From assembly GCA_964057225.1 (NCBI GenBank), contig OZ059899.1, positions 19,034,001 to 19,098,000 on the forward strand: a stretch of 64,000 nt of DNA, in the 5' to 3' direction. Below are positions 26,501 through 40,500 of the stretch, piece after piece (position 1 is the first letter of the stretch; each line of letters begins with the position of its first letter). The notes beneath the pieces are model-generated. The model was not told the origin of the DNA. It saw only the letters and a program-made list of their open reading frames with translations, and ran no database searches. The translations under genes were made by a program, and so were the position numbers. The stretch comes from Auanema rhodensis. Lineage: Eukaryota; Animalia; Nematoda.

Positions 26501-28600
26501 AAAAACATTTTGACAAAAATTTTTTCGAAAAATTTCAGAATATTTTAGCAAAAAATAGTTGTTTTTAGATTCCTTTTCTCAAGGCAAAGACGATGGACAA
26601 TGTTATTCAACGAAAAAATTAATTCTGCAGGGTGAAAATCGAGGATATAAGTGTGAACTTATATCAGTTGATATCTCGGTGACTTTTTAAGCTAGCGCAA
26701 ATTTGATAAAACAGATCGACGCAGCTTAAAAATCCGCATCGAATGCACTATACAACATTGAGAAACGCTTAATACAAAAATTAGTTATGATCGTTTGAAA
26801 AAAGATGCATTAGTGTATGTTGAGTTTCCATGTACACTCAACATTGCTTCCAAAAACATTTTGACAAAAATTTTTCCGAAAAATTTCAAAATAATTTCGC
26901 AAAAAATAGAAGTTTTTAGATTCCTTTTTTCAAGGCAAAGACGATGGACAATGTTATTCAACGAAAAAATTAATTCTGCAGAGTGAAAATCGAGGATATA
27001 AGTGTAAACTTATATCAGTTGATATCTCGGTGCATTTTTAAGCTAGCGCAAATCTGATAACACAGATCGACGCAGCTTAAAAATCCGCATCGAAAGCACT
27101 ATACAACATTGAGAAACGCATAATACAAAAATTAGTTATGATCGTTTGAAAAATGATGCATTAGTGTATGTTGAGTTTCCATGTACACTCAACATTGCTT
27201 CCAAAAACATTTTGACAAAAATTTTTCCAAAAAATTTCAAAATAATTTCGCAAAAAGTAAATGTTTTTAGATTCCGTTTTTCAAGGTAAAGACGATGGAC
27301 AATGTTATTCAACGAAAAAATTAATTCTGCAGAATGAAAATCGAGGATATAAGTGTGAACTTATATCAGTTGATATCTCGGTGCATTTTTAAGCTAGCGC
27401 AAATCTGATAACACAGATCGACGCAGCTTAAAAATCCGCATCGAATGCACTATACAACATTGAGAAACGCTTAATACAAAAATTAGTTATGATCGTTTGA
27501 AAAATGATGCATTAGTGTATGTTGAGTTTCCATGTACACTCAACATTGCTTCCAAAAACATTTTGACAAAAATTTTTTCGAAAAATTTCAGAATATTTTA
27601 GCAAAAAATAGTTGTTTTTAGATTCCTTTTCTCAAGGCAAAGACGATGGACAATGTTATTCAACGAAAAAATTAATTCTGCAGGGTGAAAATCGAGGATA
27701 TAAGTGTGAACTTATATCAGTTGATATCTCGGTGACTTTTTAAGCTAGCGCAAATTTGATAAAACAGATCGACGCAGCTTAAAAATCCGCATCGAATGCA
27801 CTATACAACATTGAGAAACGCTTAATACAAAAATTAGTTATGATCGTTTGAAAAAAGATGCATTAGTGTATGTTGAGTTTCCATGTACACTCAACATTGC
27901 TTCCAAAAACATTTTGACAAAAATTTTTCCGAAAAATTTCAAAATAATTTCGCAAAAAATAGAAGTTTTTAGATTCCTTTTTTCAAGGCAAAGACGATGG
28001 ACAATGTTATTCAACGAAAAAATTAATTCTGCAGAGTGAAAATCGAGGATATAAGTGTAAACTTATATCAGTTGATATCTCGGTGCATTTTTAAGCTAGC
28101 GCAAATCTGATAACACAGATCGACGCAGCTTAAAAATCCGCATCGAAAGCACTATACAACATTGAGAAACGCATAATACAAAAATTAGTTATGATCGTTT
28201 GAAAAATGATGCATTAGTGTATGTTGAGTTTCCATGTACACTCAACATTGCTTCCAAAAACATTTTGACAAAAATTTTTCCAAAAAATTTCAAAATAATT
28301 TCGCAAAAAGTAAATGTTTTTAGATTCCGTTTTTCAAGGTAAAGACGATGGACAATGTTATTCAACGAAAAAATTAATTCTGCAGAATGAAAATCGAGGA
28401 TATAAGTGTGAACTTATATCAGTTGATATCTCGGTGCATTTTTAAGCTAGCGCAAATCTGATAACACAGATCGACGCAGCTTAAAAATCCGCATCGAATG
28501 CACTATACAACATTGAGAAACGCTTAATACAAAAATTAGTTATGATCGTTTGAAAAATGATGCATTAGTGTATGTTGAGTTTCCATGTACACTCAACATT
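23600..28600. repeat. Trimer higher-order region (1053 bp period)
   Basis: 23636/24689, 23987/25040 (PRNF) and 24338/25391 (gatagac); then 26444/27497, 26795/27848 (aatttgat) and 27146/28199 (aggtaaag). Confidence 0.88.
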
Positions 28601-31600
28601 GCTTCCAAAAACATTTTGACAAAAATTTTTCCGAAAAATTTCAAAATATTTTAGCAAAAAATAGTTGTTTTTAGATTCCTTTTCTCAAGGCAAAGACGAT
28701 GGACAATGTTATTCAACGAAAAAATTAATTCTGCAGGGTGAAAATCGAGGATATAAGTGTGAACTTATATCAGTTGATATCTCGGTGACTTTTTAAGCTA
28801 GCGCAAATCTGATAAAACAGATCGACGCAGCTTAAAAATCCGCATCGAATGCATTATACAACATTGAGAAACGCTTAATACAAAAATTAGTTATGATCGT
28901 TTGAAAAAAGATGCATTAGTGTATGTTGAGTTTCCATGTACACTCAACATTGCTTCCAAAAACATTTTGACAAAAATTTTTCCAAAAAATTTCAAAATAA
29001 TTTCGCAAAAAGTAAATGTTTTTAGATTTCGTTTTTCAAGGCAAAGACGATGGACAATGTTATTCAACGAAAAAATTAATTCTGCAGAGTGAAAATCGAG
29101 GATATACGTGTAAACTTATATCAGTTGATATCTCGGTGCATTTTTAAGCTAGCGCAAATCTGATAACACAGATCGACGCAGCTTAAAAATCCGCATCGAA
29201 TGCACTATACAACATTGAGAAACGCTTAATACAAAAATTAGTTATGATCGTTTGAAAAATGATGCATTAGTGTATGTTGAGTTTCCATGTACACTCAACA
29301 TTGCTTCCAAAAACATTTTGACAAAAATTTTTTCGAAAAATTTCAGAATATTTTAGCAAAAAATAGTTGTTTTTAGATTCCTTTTCTCAAGGCAAAGACG
29401 ATGGACAATGTTATTCAACGAAAAAATTAATTCTGCAGGGTGAAAATCGAGGATATAAGTGTGAACTTATATCAGTTGATATCTCGGTGACTTTTTAAGC
29501 TAGCGCAAATCTGATAAAACAGATCGACGCAGCTTAAAAATCCGCATCGAATGCACTATACAACATTGAGAAACGCTTAATACAAAAATTAGTTATGATC
29601 GTTTGAAAAAAGATGCATTAGTGTATGTTGAGTTTCCATGTACACTCAACATTGCTTCCAAAAACATTTTGACAAAAATTTTTCCAAAAAATTTCAAAAT
29701 AATTTCGCAAAAAGTAAATGTTTTTAGATTCCGTTTTTCAAGGCAAAGACGATGGACAATGTTATTCAACGAAAAAATTAATTCTGCAGAGTGAAAATCG
29801 AGGATATAAGTGTAAACTTATATCAGTTGATATCTCGGTGCATTTTTAAGCTAGCGCAAATCTGATAACACAGATCGACGCAGCTTAAAAATCCGCATCG
29901 AATGCACTATACAACATTGAGAAACGCTTAATACAAAAATTAGTTATGATCGTTTGAAAAATGATGTATTAGTGTATGTTGAGTTTCCATGTACACTCAA
30001 CATTGCTTCCAAAAACATTTTGACAAAAATTTTTCCAAAAAATTTCAAAATAATTTCGCAAAAAGTAAATGTTTTTAGATTCCGTTTTTCAAGGCAAAGA
30101 CGATGGACAATGTTATTCAACGAAAAAATTAATTCTGCAGAATGAAAATCGAGGATATAAGTGTGAACTTATATCAGTTGATATCTCGGTGCATTTTTAA
30201 GCTAGCGCAAATCTGATAACACAGATCGACGCAGCTTAAAAATCCGCATCGAATGCACTATACTACATTGAGGAACGCTTAATACAAAAATTAGTTATGA
30301 TCGTTTGAAAAAAGATGCATTAGTGTATGTTGAGTTTCCATGTACACTCAACATTGCTTCCAAAAACATTTTGACAAAAATTTTTCCGAAAAATTTCAAA
30401 ATAATTTCGCAAAAAGTAGATGTTTTTAGATTCCTTTTTTCAAGGCAAAGACGATGGACAATGTTATTTAACGAAAAAATTAATTCTGCAGGGTGAAAAT
30501 CGAGGATATAAGTGTGAACTTATATCAGTTGATATCTCGGTGCATTTTTAAGCTAGCGCAAATCTGATAACACAGATCGACGCAGCTTAAAAATCCGCAT
30601 CGAATGCACTATACTACATTGAGAAACGCTTAATACAAAAATTAGTTATGATCGTTTGAAAAAAGATGCATTAGTGTAAGTTGAGTTTCCATGTACACTC
30701 AACATTGCTTCCAAAAACATTTTGACAAAAATTTTTCCGAAAAATTTCAAAATAATTTCGCAAAAAGTAGATGTTTTCAGATTCCTTTTTTCAAGGCAAA
30801 GACGATGGACAAAGTTATTCAACGAAAAAATTAATTCTGCAGGGTGAAAATCGAGGATATAAGTGTGAACTTATATCAGTTGATATCTCGGTGCATTTTT
30901 AAGCTAGCGCAAATCTGATAACACAGATCGACGCAGCTTAAAAATCCGCATCGAATGCACTATACTACATTGAGGAACGCTTAATACAAAAATTAGTTAT
31001 GATCGTTTGAAAAAAGATGCATTAGTGTATGTTGAGTTTCCATGTACACTCAACATTGCTTCCAAAAACATTTTGACAAAAATTTTTCCGAAAAATTTCA
31101 AAATAATTTCGCAAAAAGTAGATGTTTTTAGATTCCTTTTTTCAAGGCAAAGACGATGGACAATGTTATTTAACGAAAAAATTAATTCTGCAGGGTGAAA
31201 ATCGAGGATATAAGTGTGAACTTATATCAGTTGATATCTCGGTGCATTTTTAAGCTAGCGCAAATCTGATAACACAGATCGACGCAGCTTAAAAATCCGC
31301 ATCGAATGCACTATACTACATTGAGAAACGCTTAATACAAAAATTAGTTATGATCGTTTGAAAAAAGATGCATTAGTGTAAGTTGAGTTTCCATGTACAC
31401 TCAACATTGCTTCCAAAAACATTTTGACAAAAATTTTTCCGAAAAATTTCAAAATAATTTCGCAAAAAGTAGATGTTTTTAGATTCCTTTTTTCAAGGCA
31501 AAGACGATGGACAATGTTATTTAACGAAAAAATTAATTCTGCAGGGTGAAAATCGAGGATATAAGTGTGAACTTATATCAGTTGATATCTCGGTGCATTT

Positions 31601-34600
31601 TTAAGCTAGCGCAAATCTGATAACACAGATCGACGCAGCTTAAAAATCCGCATCGAATGCACTATACTACATTGAGAAACGCTTAATACAAAAATTAGTT
31701 ATGATCGTTTGAAAAAAGATGCATTAGTGTAAGTTGAGTTTCCATGTACACTCAACATTGCTTCCAAAAACATTTTGACAAAAATTTTTCCGAAAAATTT
31801 CAAAATAATTTCGCAAAAAGTAGATGTTTTCAGATTCCTTTTTTTAAGGCAAAGACGATGGACAAAGTTATTCAACGAAAAAATTAATTCTGCAGGGTGA
31901 AAATCGAGGATATAAGTGTGAACTTATATCAGTTGATATCTCGGTGCATTTTTAAGCTAGCGCAAATCTGATAACACAGATCGACGCAGCTTAAAAATCC
32001 GCATCGAATGCACTATACAACATTGAGAAACGCTTAATACAAAAATTAGTTATGATCGTTTGAAAAATGATGCATTAGTGTATGTTGAGTTTCCATGTAC
32101 ACTCAACATTGCTTCCAAAAACATTTTGACAAAAATTTTTCCGAAAAATTTCAGAATAATTTTGCAAAAAGTAGATGTTTTTAGATTCCTTTTTTCAAGG
32201 CAAAGACGATGGACAATGTTATTTAACGAAAAAATTAATTCTGCAGGGTGAAAATCGAGGATATAAGTGTGAACTTATATCAGTTGATATCTCGGTGCAT
32301 TTTTAAGCTAGCGCAAATCTGATAACACAGATCGACGCAGCTTAAAAATCCGCATCGAATGCACTATACTACATTGAGAAACGCTTAATACAAAAATTAG
32401 TTATGATCGTTTGAAAAAAGATGCATTAGTGTAAGTTGAGTTTCCATGTACACTCAACATTGCTTCCAAAAACATTTTGACAAAAATTTTTCCGAAAAAT
32501 TTCAAAATAATTTCGCAAAAAGTAGATGTTTTCAGATTCCTTTTTTTAAGGCAAAGACGATGGACAAAGTTATTCAACGAAAAAATTAATTCTGCAGGGT
32601 GAAAATCGAGGATATAAGTGTGAACTTATATCAGTTGATATCTCGGTGCATTTTTAAGCTAGCGCAAATCTGATAACACAGATCGACGCAGCTTAAAAAT
32701 CCGCATCGAATGCACTATACAACATTGAGAAACGCTTAATACAAAAATTAGTTATGATCGTTTGAAAAATGATGCATTAGTGTATGTTGAGTTTCCATGT
32801 ACACTCAACATTGCTTCCAAAAACATTTTGACAAAAATTTTTCCGAAAAATTTCAGAATAATTTCGCAAAAAGTAGATGTTTTTAGATTCCTTTTTTCAA
32901 GGCAAAGACGATGGACAATGTTATTCAACGAAAAAATCAATTCTCCAGGGTGAAAATCGAGGATGTAAGTGTGAACTTATATCAGTTGATATCTCGGTGC
33001 ATTTTTAAGCTAGCGCAAATCTGATAACACAGATCGACGCAGCTTAAAAATCCGCATCGAATGCACTATACTACATTGAGAAACGCTTAATACAAAAATA
33101 AGTTATGATCGTTTGAAAAATGATGCATTAGTGTATGTTGAGTTTCCATGTACACTCAACATTGCTTCCAAAAACATTTTGACAAAAATTTTTCCGAAAA
33201 ATTTCAAAATAATTTCGCAAAAAGTAGATGTTTTTAGATTCCTTTTTTCAAGGCAAAGACGATGGACAATGTTATTCGACGAAAAAATTGATTCTCCAGG
33301 GTGAAAATCGAGGATGTAAGTGTGAACTTATATCAGTTGATATCTCGGTGCATTTTTAAGCTAGCGCAAATCTGATAACACAGATCGACGCAGCTTAAAA
33401 ATCCGCATCGAATGCACTATACAACATTGAGAAACGCTTAATACAAAAATTAGTTATGATCGTTTGAAAAATGATGCATTAGTGTATGTTGAGTTTCCAT
33501 GTACACTCAACATTGCTTCCAAAAACATTTTGACAAAAATTTTTCCGAAAAATTTCAAAATAATTTCGCAAAAAGTAGATGTTTTTAGATTCCTTTTTTC
33601 AAGGCAAAGACGATGGACAATGTTATTCAACGAAAAAATTAATTCTCCAGGGTGAAAATCGAGGATGTAAGTGTGAACTTATATCAGTTGATATCTCGGT
33701 GCATTTTTAAGCTAGCGCAAATCTGATAACACAGATCGACGCAGCTTAAAAATCCGCATCGAATGCACTATACTACATTGAGAAACGCTTAATACAAAAA
33801 TTAGTTATGATCGTTTGAAAAAAGATGCATTAGTGTAAGTTGAGTTTCCATGTACACTCAACATTGCTTCCAAAAACATTTTGACAAAAATTTTTCCGAA
33901 AAATTTCAAAATAATTTCGCAAAAAGTAGATGTTTTCAGATTCCTTTTTTCAAGGCAAAGACGATGGACAAAGTTATTCAACGAAAAAATTAATTCTGCA
34001 GGGTGAAAATCGAGGATATAAGTGTGAACTTATATCAGTTGATATCTCGGTGCATTTTTAAGCTAGCGCAAATCTGATAACACAGATCGACGCAGCTTAA
34101 AAATCCGCATCGAATGCACTATACAACATTGAGAAACGCTTAATACAAAAATTAGTTATGATCGTTTGAAAAATGATGCATTAGTGTATGTTGAGTTTCC
34201 ATGTACACTCAACATTGCTTCCAAAAACATTTTGACAAAAATTTTTCCAAAAAATTTCAAAATAATTTTGCAAAAAGTAAATGTTTTTAGATTCCGTTTT
34301 TCAAGGCAAAGACGATGGACAATGTTATTCAACGAAAAAATTAATTCTGCAGAGTGAAAATCGAGGATATAAGTGTAAACTTATATCAGTTGATATCTCG
34401 GTGCATTTTTAAGCTAGCGCAAATCTGATAACACAGATCGACGCAGCTTAAAAATCCGCATCGAATGCACTATACAACATTGAGAAACGCTTAATACAAA
34501 AATTAGTTATGATCGTTTGAAAAATGATGCATTAGTGTATGTTGAGTTTCCATGTACACTCAACATTGCTTCCAAAAACATTTTGACAAAAATTTTTCCA

Positions 34601-35499
34601 AAAAATTTCAAAATAATTTCGCAAAAAGTAAATGTTTTTAGATTCCGTTTTTCAAGGCAAAGACGATGGACAATGTTATTCAACGAAAAAATTAATTCTG
34701 CAGAATGAAAATCGAGGATATAAGTGTGAACTTATATCAGTTGATATCTCGGTGCATTTTTAAGCTAGCGCAAATCTGATAACACAGATCGACGCAGCTT
34801 AAAAATCCGCATCGAATGCACTATACTACATTGAGGAACGCTTAATACAAAAATTAGTTATGATCGTTTGAAAAAAGATGCATTAGTGTATGTTGAGTTT
34901 CCATGTACACTCAACATTGCTTCCAAAAACATTTTGACAAAAATTTTTCCGAAAAATTTCAAAATAATTTCGCAAAAAGTAGATGTTTTTAGATTCCTTT
35001 TTTCAAGGCAAAGACGATGGACAATGTTATTTAACGAAAAAATTAATTCTGCAGGGTGAAAATCGAGGATATAAGTGTGAACTTATATCAGTTGATATCT
35101 CGGTGCATTTTTAAGCTAGCGCAAATCTGATAACACAGATCGACGCAGCTTAAAAATCCGCATCGAATGCACTATACTACATTGAGAAACGCTTAATACA
35201 AAAATTAGTTATGATCGTTTGAAAAAAGATGCATTAGTGTAAGTTGAGTTTCCATGTACACTCAACATTGCTTCCAAAAACATTTTGACAAAAATTTTTC
35301 CGAAAAATTTCAAAATAATTTCGCAAAAAGTAGATGTTTTCAGATTCCTTTTTTAAGGCAAAGACGATGGACAAAGTTATTCAACGAAAAAATTAATTCT
35401 GCAGGGTGAAAATCGAGGATATAAGTGTGAACTTATATCAGTTGATATCTCGGTGCATTTTTAAGCTAGCGCAAATCTGATAACACAGATCGACGCAGC

Positions 35500-37500
35500 T
35501 TAAAAATCCGCATCGAATGCACTATACAACATTGAGAAACGCTTAATACAAAAATTAGTTATGATCGTTTGAAAAATGATGCATTAGTGTATGTTGAGTT
35601 TCCATGTACACTCAACATTGCTTCCAAAAACATTTTGACAAAAATTTTTCCGAAAAATTTCAAAATAATTTCGCAAAAAGTAGATGTTTTTAGATTCCTT
35701 TTTTCAAGGCAAAGACGATGGACAATGTTATTCAACGAAAAAATCAATTCTCCAGGGTGAAAATCGAGGATGTAAGTGTGAACTTATATCAGTTGATATC
35801 TCGGTGCATTTTTAAGCTAGCGCAAATCTGATAACACAGATCGACGCAGCTTAAAAATCCGCATCGAATGCACTATACAACATTGAGAAACGCTTAATAC
35901 AAAAATAAGTTATGATCGTTTGAAAAATGATGCATTAGTGTATGTTGAGTTTCCATGTACACTCAACATTGCTTCCAAAAACATTTTGACAAAAATTTTT
36001 CCGAAAAATTTCAAAATAATTTCGCAAAAAGTAGAAGTTTTTAGATTCCTTTTTTCAAGGCAAAGACGATGGACAATGTTATTCAACGAAAAAATTAATT
36101 CTCCAGGGTGAAAATCGAGGATGTAAGTGTGAACTTATATCAGTTGATATCTCGGTGCATTTTTAAGCTAGCGCAAATCTGATAACACAGATCGACGCAG
36201 CTTAAAAATCCGCATCGAATGCACTATACTACATTGAGAAACGCTTAATACAAAAATTAGTTATGATCGTTTGAAAAAAGATGCATTAGTGTAAGTTGAG
36301 TTTCCATGTACACTCAACATTGCTTCCAAAAACATTTTGACAAAAATTTTTCCGAAAAATTTCAGAATAATTTCGCAAAAAGTAGATGTTTTCAGATTCC
36401 TTTTTTCAAGGCAAAGACGATGGACAAAGTTATTCAACGAAAAAATTAATTCTGCAGGGTGAAAATCGAGGATATAAGTGTGAACTTATATCAGTTGATA
36501 TCTCGGTGCATTTTTAAGCTAGCGCAAATCTGATAACACAGATCGACGCAGCTTAAAAATCCGCATCGAATGCACTATACAACATTGAGAAACGCTTAAT
36601 ACAAAAATTAGTTATGATCGTTTGAAAAATGATGCATTAGTGTATGTTGAGTTTCCATGTACACTCAACATTGCTTCCAAAAACATTTTGACAAAAATTT
36701 TTCCGAAAAATTTCAAAATAATTTCGCAAAAAGTAGATGTTTTTAGATTCCTTTTTTCAAGGCAAAGACGATGGACAATGTTATTCAACGAAAAAATCAA
36801 TTCTCCAGGGTGAAAATCGAGGATGTAAGTGTGAACTTATATCAGTTGATATCTCGGTGCATTTTTAAGCTAGCGCAAATCTGATAACACAGATCGACGC
36901 AGCTTAAAAATCCGCATCGAATGCACTATACAACATTGAGAAACGCTTAATACAAAAATAAGTTATGATCGTTTGAAAAATGATGCATTAGTGTATGTTG
37001 AGTTTCCATGTACACTCAACATTGCTTCCAAAAACATTTTGACAAAAATTTTTCCGAAAAATTTCAAAATAATTTCGCAAAAAGTAGAAGTTTTTAGATT
37101 CCTTTTTTCAAGGCAAAGACGATGGACAATGTTATTCAACGAAAAAATTAATTCTCCAGGGTGAAAATCGAGGATGTAAGTGTGAACTTATATCAGTTGA
37201 TATCTCGGTGCATTTTTAAGCTAGCGCAAATCTGATAACACAGATCGACGCAGCTTAAAAATCCGCATCGAATGCACTATACTACATTGAGAAACGCTTA
37301 ATACAAAAATTAGTTATGATCGTTTGAAAAAAGATGCATTAGTGTAAGTTGAGTTTCCATGTACACTCAACATTGCTTCCAAAAACATTTTGACAAAAAT
37401 TTTTCCGAAAAATTTCAAAATAATTTCGCAAAAAGTAGATGTTTTCAGATTCCTTTTTTCAAGGCAAAGACGATGGACAAAGTTATTCAACGAAAAAATT
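35500..37500. repeat. Trimer duplication (1053 bp)
   Basis: 35569/36622 (aaatcaatt), 35920/36973 (gtagaag), 36271/37324 (gtgtaag). Confidence 0.85.
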
Positions 37501-40500
37501 AATTCTGCAGGGTGAAAATCGAGGATATAAGTGTGAACTTATATCAGTTGATATCTCGGTGCATTTTTAAGCTAGCGCAAATCTGATAACACAGATCGAC
37601 GCAGCTTAAAAATCCGCATCGAATGCACTATACAACATTGAGAAACGCTTAATACAAAAATTAGTTATGATCGTTTGAAAAATGATGCATTAGTGTATGT
37701 TGAGTTTCCATGTACACTCAACATTGCTTCCAAAAACATTTTGACAAAAATTTTTCCGAAAAATTTCAAAATAATTTCGCAAAAAGTAGATGTTTTTAGA
37801 TTCCTTTTTTCAAGGCAAAGACGATGGACAATGTTATTCAACGAAAAAATTAATTCTCCAGGGTGAAAATCGAGGATGTAAGTGTGAACTTATATCAGTT
37901 GATATCTCGGTGCATTTTTAAGTTAGCGCAAATCTGATAACACAGATCGACGCAGCTTAAAAATCCGCATCGAATGCACTATACAACATTGAGAAACGCT
38001 TAATACAAAAATTAGTTATGATCGTTTGAAAAAAGATGCATTAGTGTAAGTTGAGTTTCCATGTACACTCAACATTGCTTCCAAAAACATTTTGACAAAA
38101 ATTTTTCCGAAAAATTTCAAAATAATTTCGCAAAAAGTAGATGTTTTCAGATTCCTTTTTTCAAGGCAAAGACGATGGACAAAGTTATTCAACGAAAAAA
38201 TTAATTCTGCAGGGTGAAAATCGAGGATATAAGTGTGAACTTATATCAGTTGATATCTCGGTGCATTTTTAAGCTAGCGCAAATCTGATAACACAGATCG
38301 ACGCAGCTTAAAAATCCGCATCGAATGCACTATACAACATTGAGAAACGCTTAATACAAAAATTAGTTATGATCGTTTGAAAAATGATGCATTAGTGTAT
38401 GTTGAGTTTCCATGTACACTCAACATTGCTTCCAAAAACATTTTGACAAAAATTTTTCCGAAAAATTTCAAAATAATTTCGCAAAAAGTAGATGTTTTTA
38501 GATTCCTTTTTTCAAGGCAAAGACGATGGACAATGTTATTCAACGAAAAAATTAATTCTCCAGGGTGAAAATCGAGGATGTAAGTGTGAACTTATATCAG
38601 TTGATATCTCGGTGCATTTTTAAGCTAGCGCAAATCTGATAACTCAGATCGACGCAGCTTAAAAATCCGCATCGAATGCACTATACAACATTGAGAAACG
38701 CTTAATACAAAAATTAGTTATGATCGTTTGAAAAAAGATGCATTAGTGTAAGTTGAGTTTCCATGTACACTCAACATTGCTTCCAAAAACATTTTGACAA
38801 AAATTTTTCCGAAAAATTTCAAAATAATTTCGCAAAAAGTAGATGTTTTCAGATTCCTTTTTTCAAGGCAAAGACGATGGACAATGTTATTCAACGAAAA
38901 AATTAATTCTCCAGGGTGAAAATCGAGGATGTAAGTGTGAACTTATATCAGTTGATATCTCGGTGCATTTTTAAGCTAGCGCAAATCTGATAACACAGAT
39001 CGACGCAGCTTAAAAATCCGCATCGAATGCACTATACTACATTGAGAAACGCTTAATACAAAAATTAGTTATGATCGTTTGAAAAAAGATGCATTAGTGT
39101 AAGTTGAGTTTCCATGTACACTCAACATTGCTTCCAAAAACATTTTGACAAAAATTTTTCCGAAAAATTTCAAAATAATTTCGCAAAAAGTAGATGTTTT
39201 CAGATTCCTTTTTTCAAGGCAAAGACGATGGACAAAGTTATTCAACGAAAAAATTAATTCTGCAGGGTGAAAATCGAGGATATAAGTGTGAACTTATATC
39301 AGTTGATATCTCGGTGCATTTTTAAGCTAGCGCAAATCTGATAACACAGATCGACGCAGCTTAAAAATCCGCATCGAATGCACTATACAACATTGAGAAA
39401 CGCTTAATACAAAAATTAGTTATGATCGTTTGAAAAATGATGCATTAGTGTATGTTGAGTTTCCATGTACACTCAACATTGCTTCCAAAAACATTTTGAC
39501 AAAAATTTTTCCGAAAAATTTCAAAATAATTTCGCAAAAAGTAGATGTTTTTAGATTCCTTTTTTCAAGGCAAAGACGATGGACAATGTTATTCAACGAA
39601 AAAATTAATTCTCCAGGGTGAAAATCGAGGATGTAAGTGTGAACTTATATCAGTTGATATCTCGGTGCATTTTTAAGCTAGCGCAAATCTGATAACACAG
39701 ATCGACGCAGCTTAAAAATCCGCATCGAATGCACTATACAACATTGAGAAACGCTTAATACAAAAATTAGTTATGATCGTTTGAAAAAAGATGCATTAGT
39801 GTAAGTTGAGTTTCCATGTACACTCAACATTGCTTCCAAAAACATTTTGACAAAAATTTTTCCGAAAAATTTCAAAATAATTTCGCAAAAAGTAGATGTT
39901 TTCAGATTCCTTTTTTCAAGGCAAAGACGATGGACAAAGTTATTCAACGAAAAAATTAATTCTGCAGGGTGAAAATCGAGGATATAAGTGTGAACTTATA
40001 TCAGTTGATATCTCGGTGCATTTTTAAGCTAGCGCAAATCTGATAACACAGATCGACGCAGCTTAAAAATCCGCATCGAATGCACTATACAACATTGAGA
40101 AACGCTTAATACAAAAATTAGTTATGATCGTTTGAAAAATGATGCATTAGTGTATGTTGAGTTTCCATGTACACTCAACATTGCTTCCAAAAACATTTTG
40201 ACAAAAATTTTTCCGAAAAATTTCAAAATAATTTCGCAAAAAGTAGATGTTTTTAGATTCCTTTTTTCAAGGCAAAGACGATGGACAATGTTATTCAACG
40301 AAAAAATTAATTCTCCAGGGTGAAAATCGAGGATGTAAGTGTGAACTTATATCAGTTGATATCTCGGTGCATTTTTCAGCTAGCGCAAATCTGATAACAC
40401 AGATCGACGCAGCTTAAAAATCCGCATCGAATGCACTATACAACATTGAGAAACGCTTAATACAAAAATTAGTTATGATCGTTTGAAAAAAGATGCATTA

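Noticed and set aside
22573-36800. Four 62-aa minus-strand ORFs
   Set aside because: They arise only where a single SNP (aaattaatt to aaatcaatt) creates a TTG start on the minus strand; incidental.
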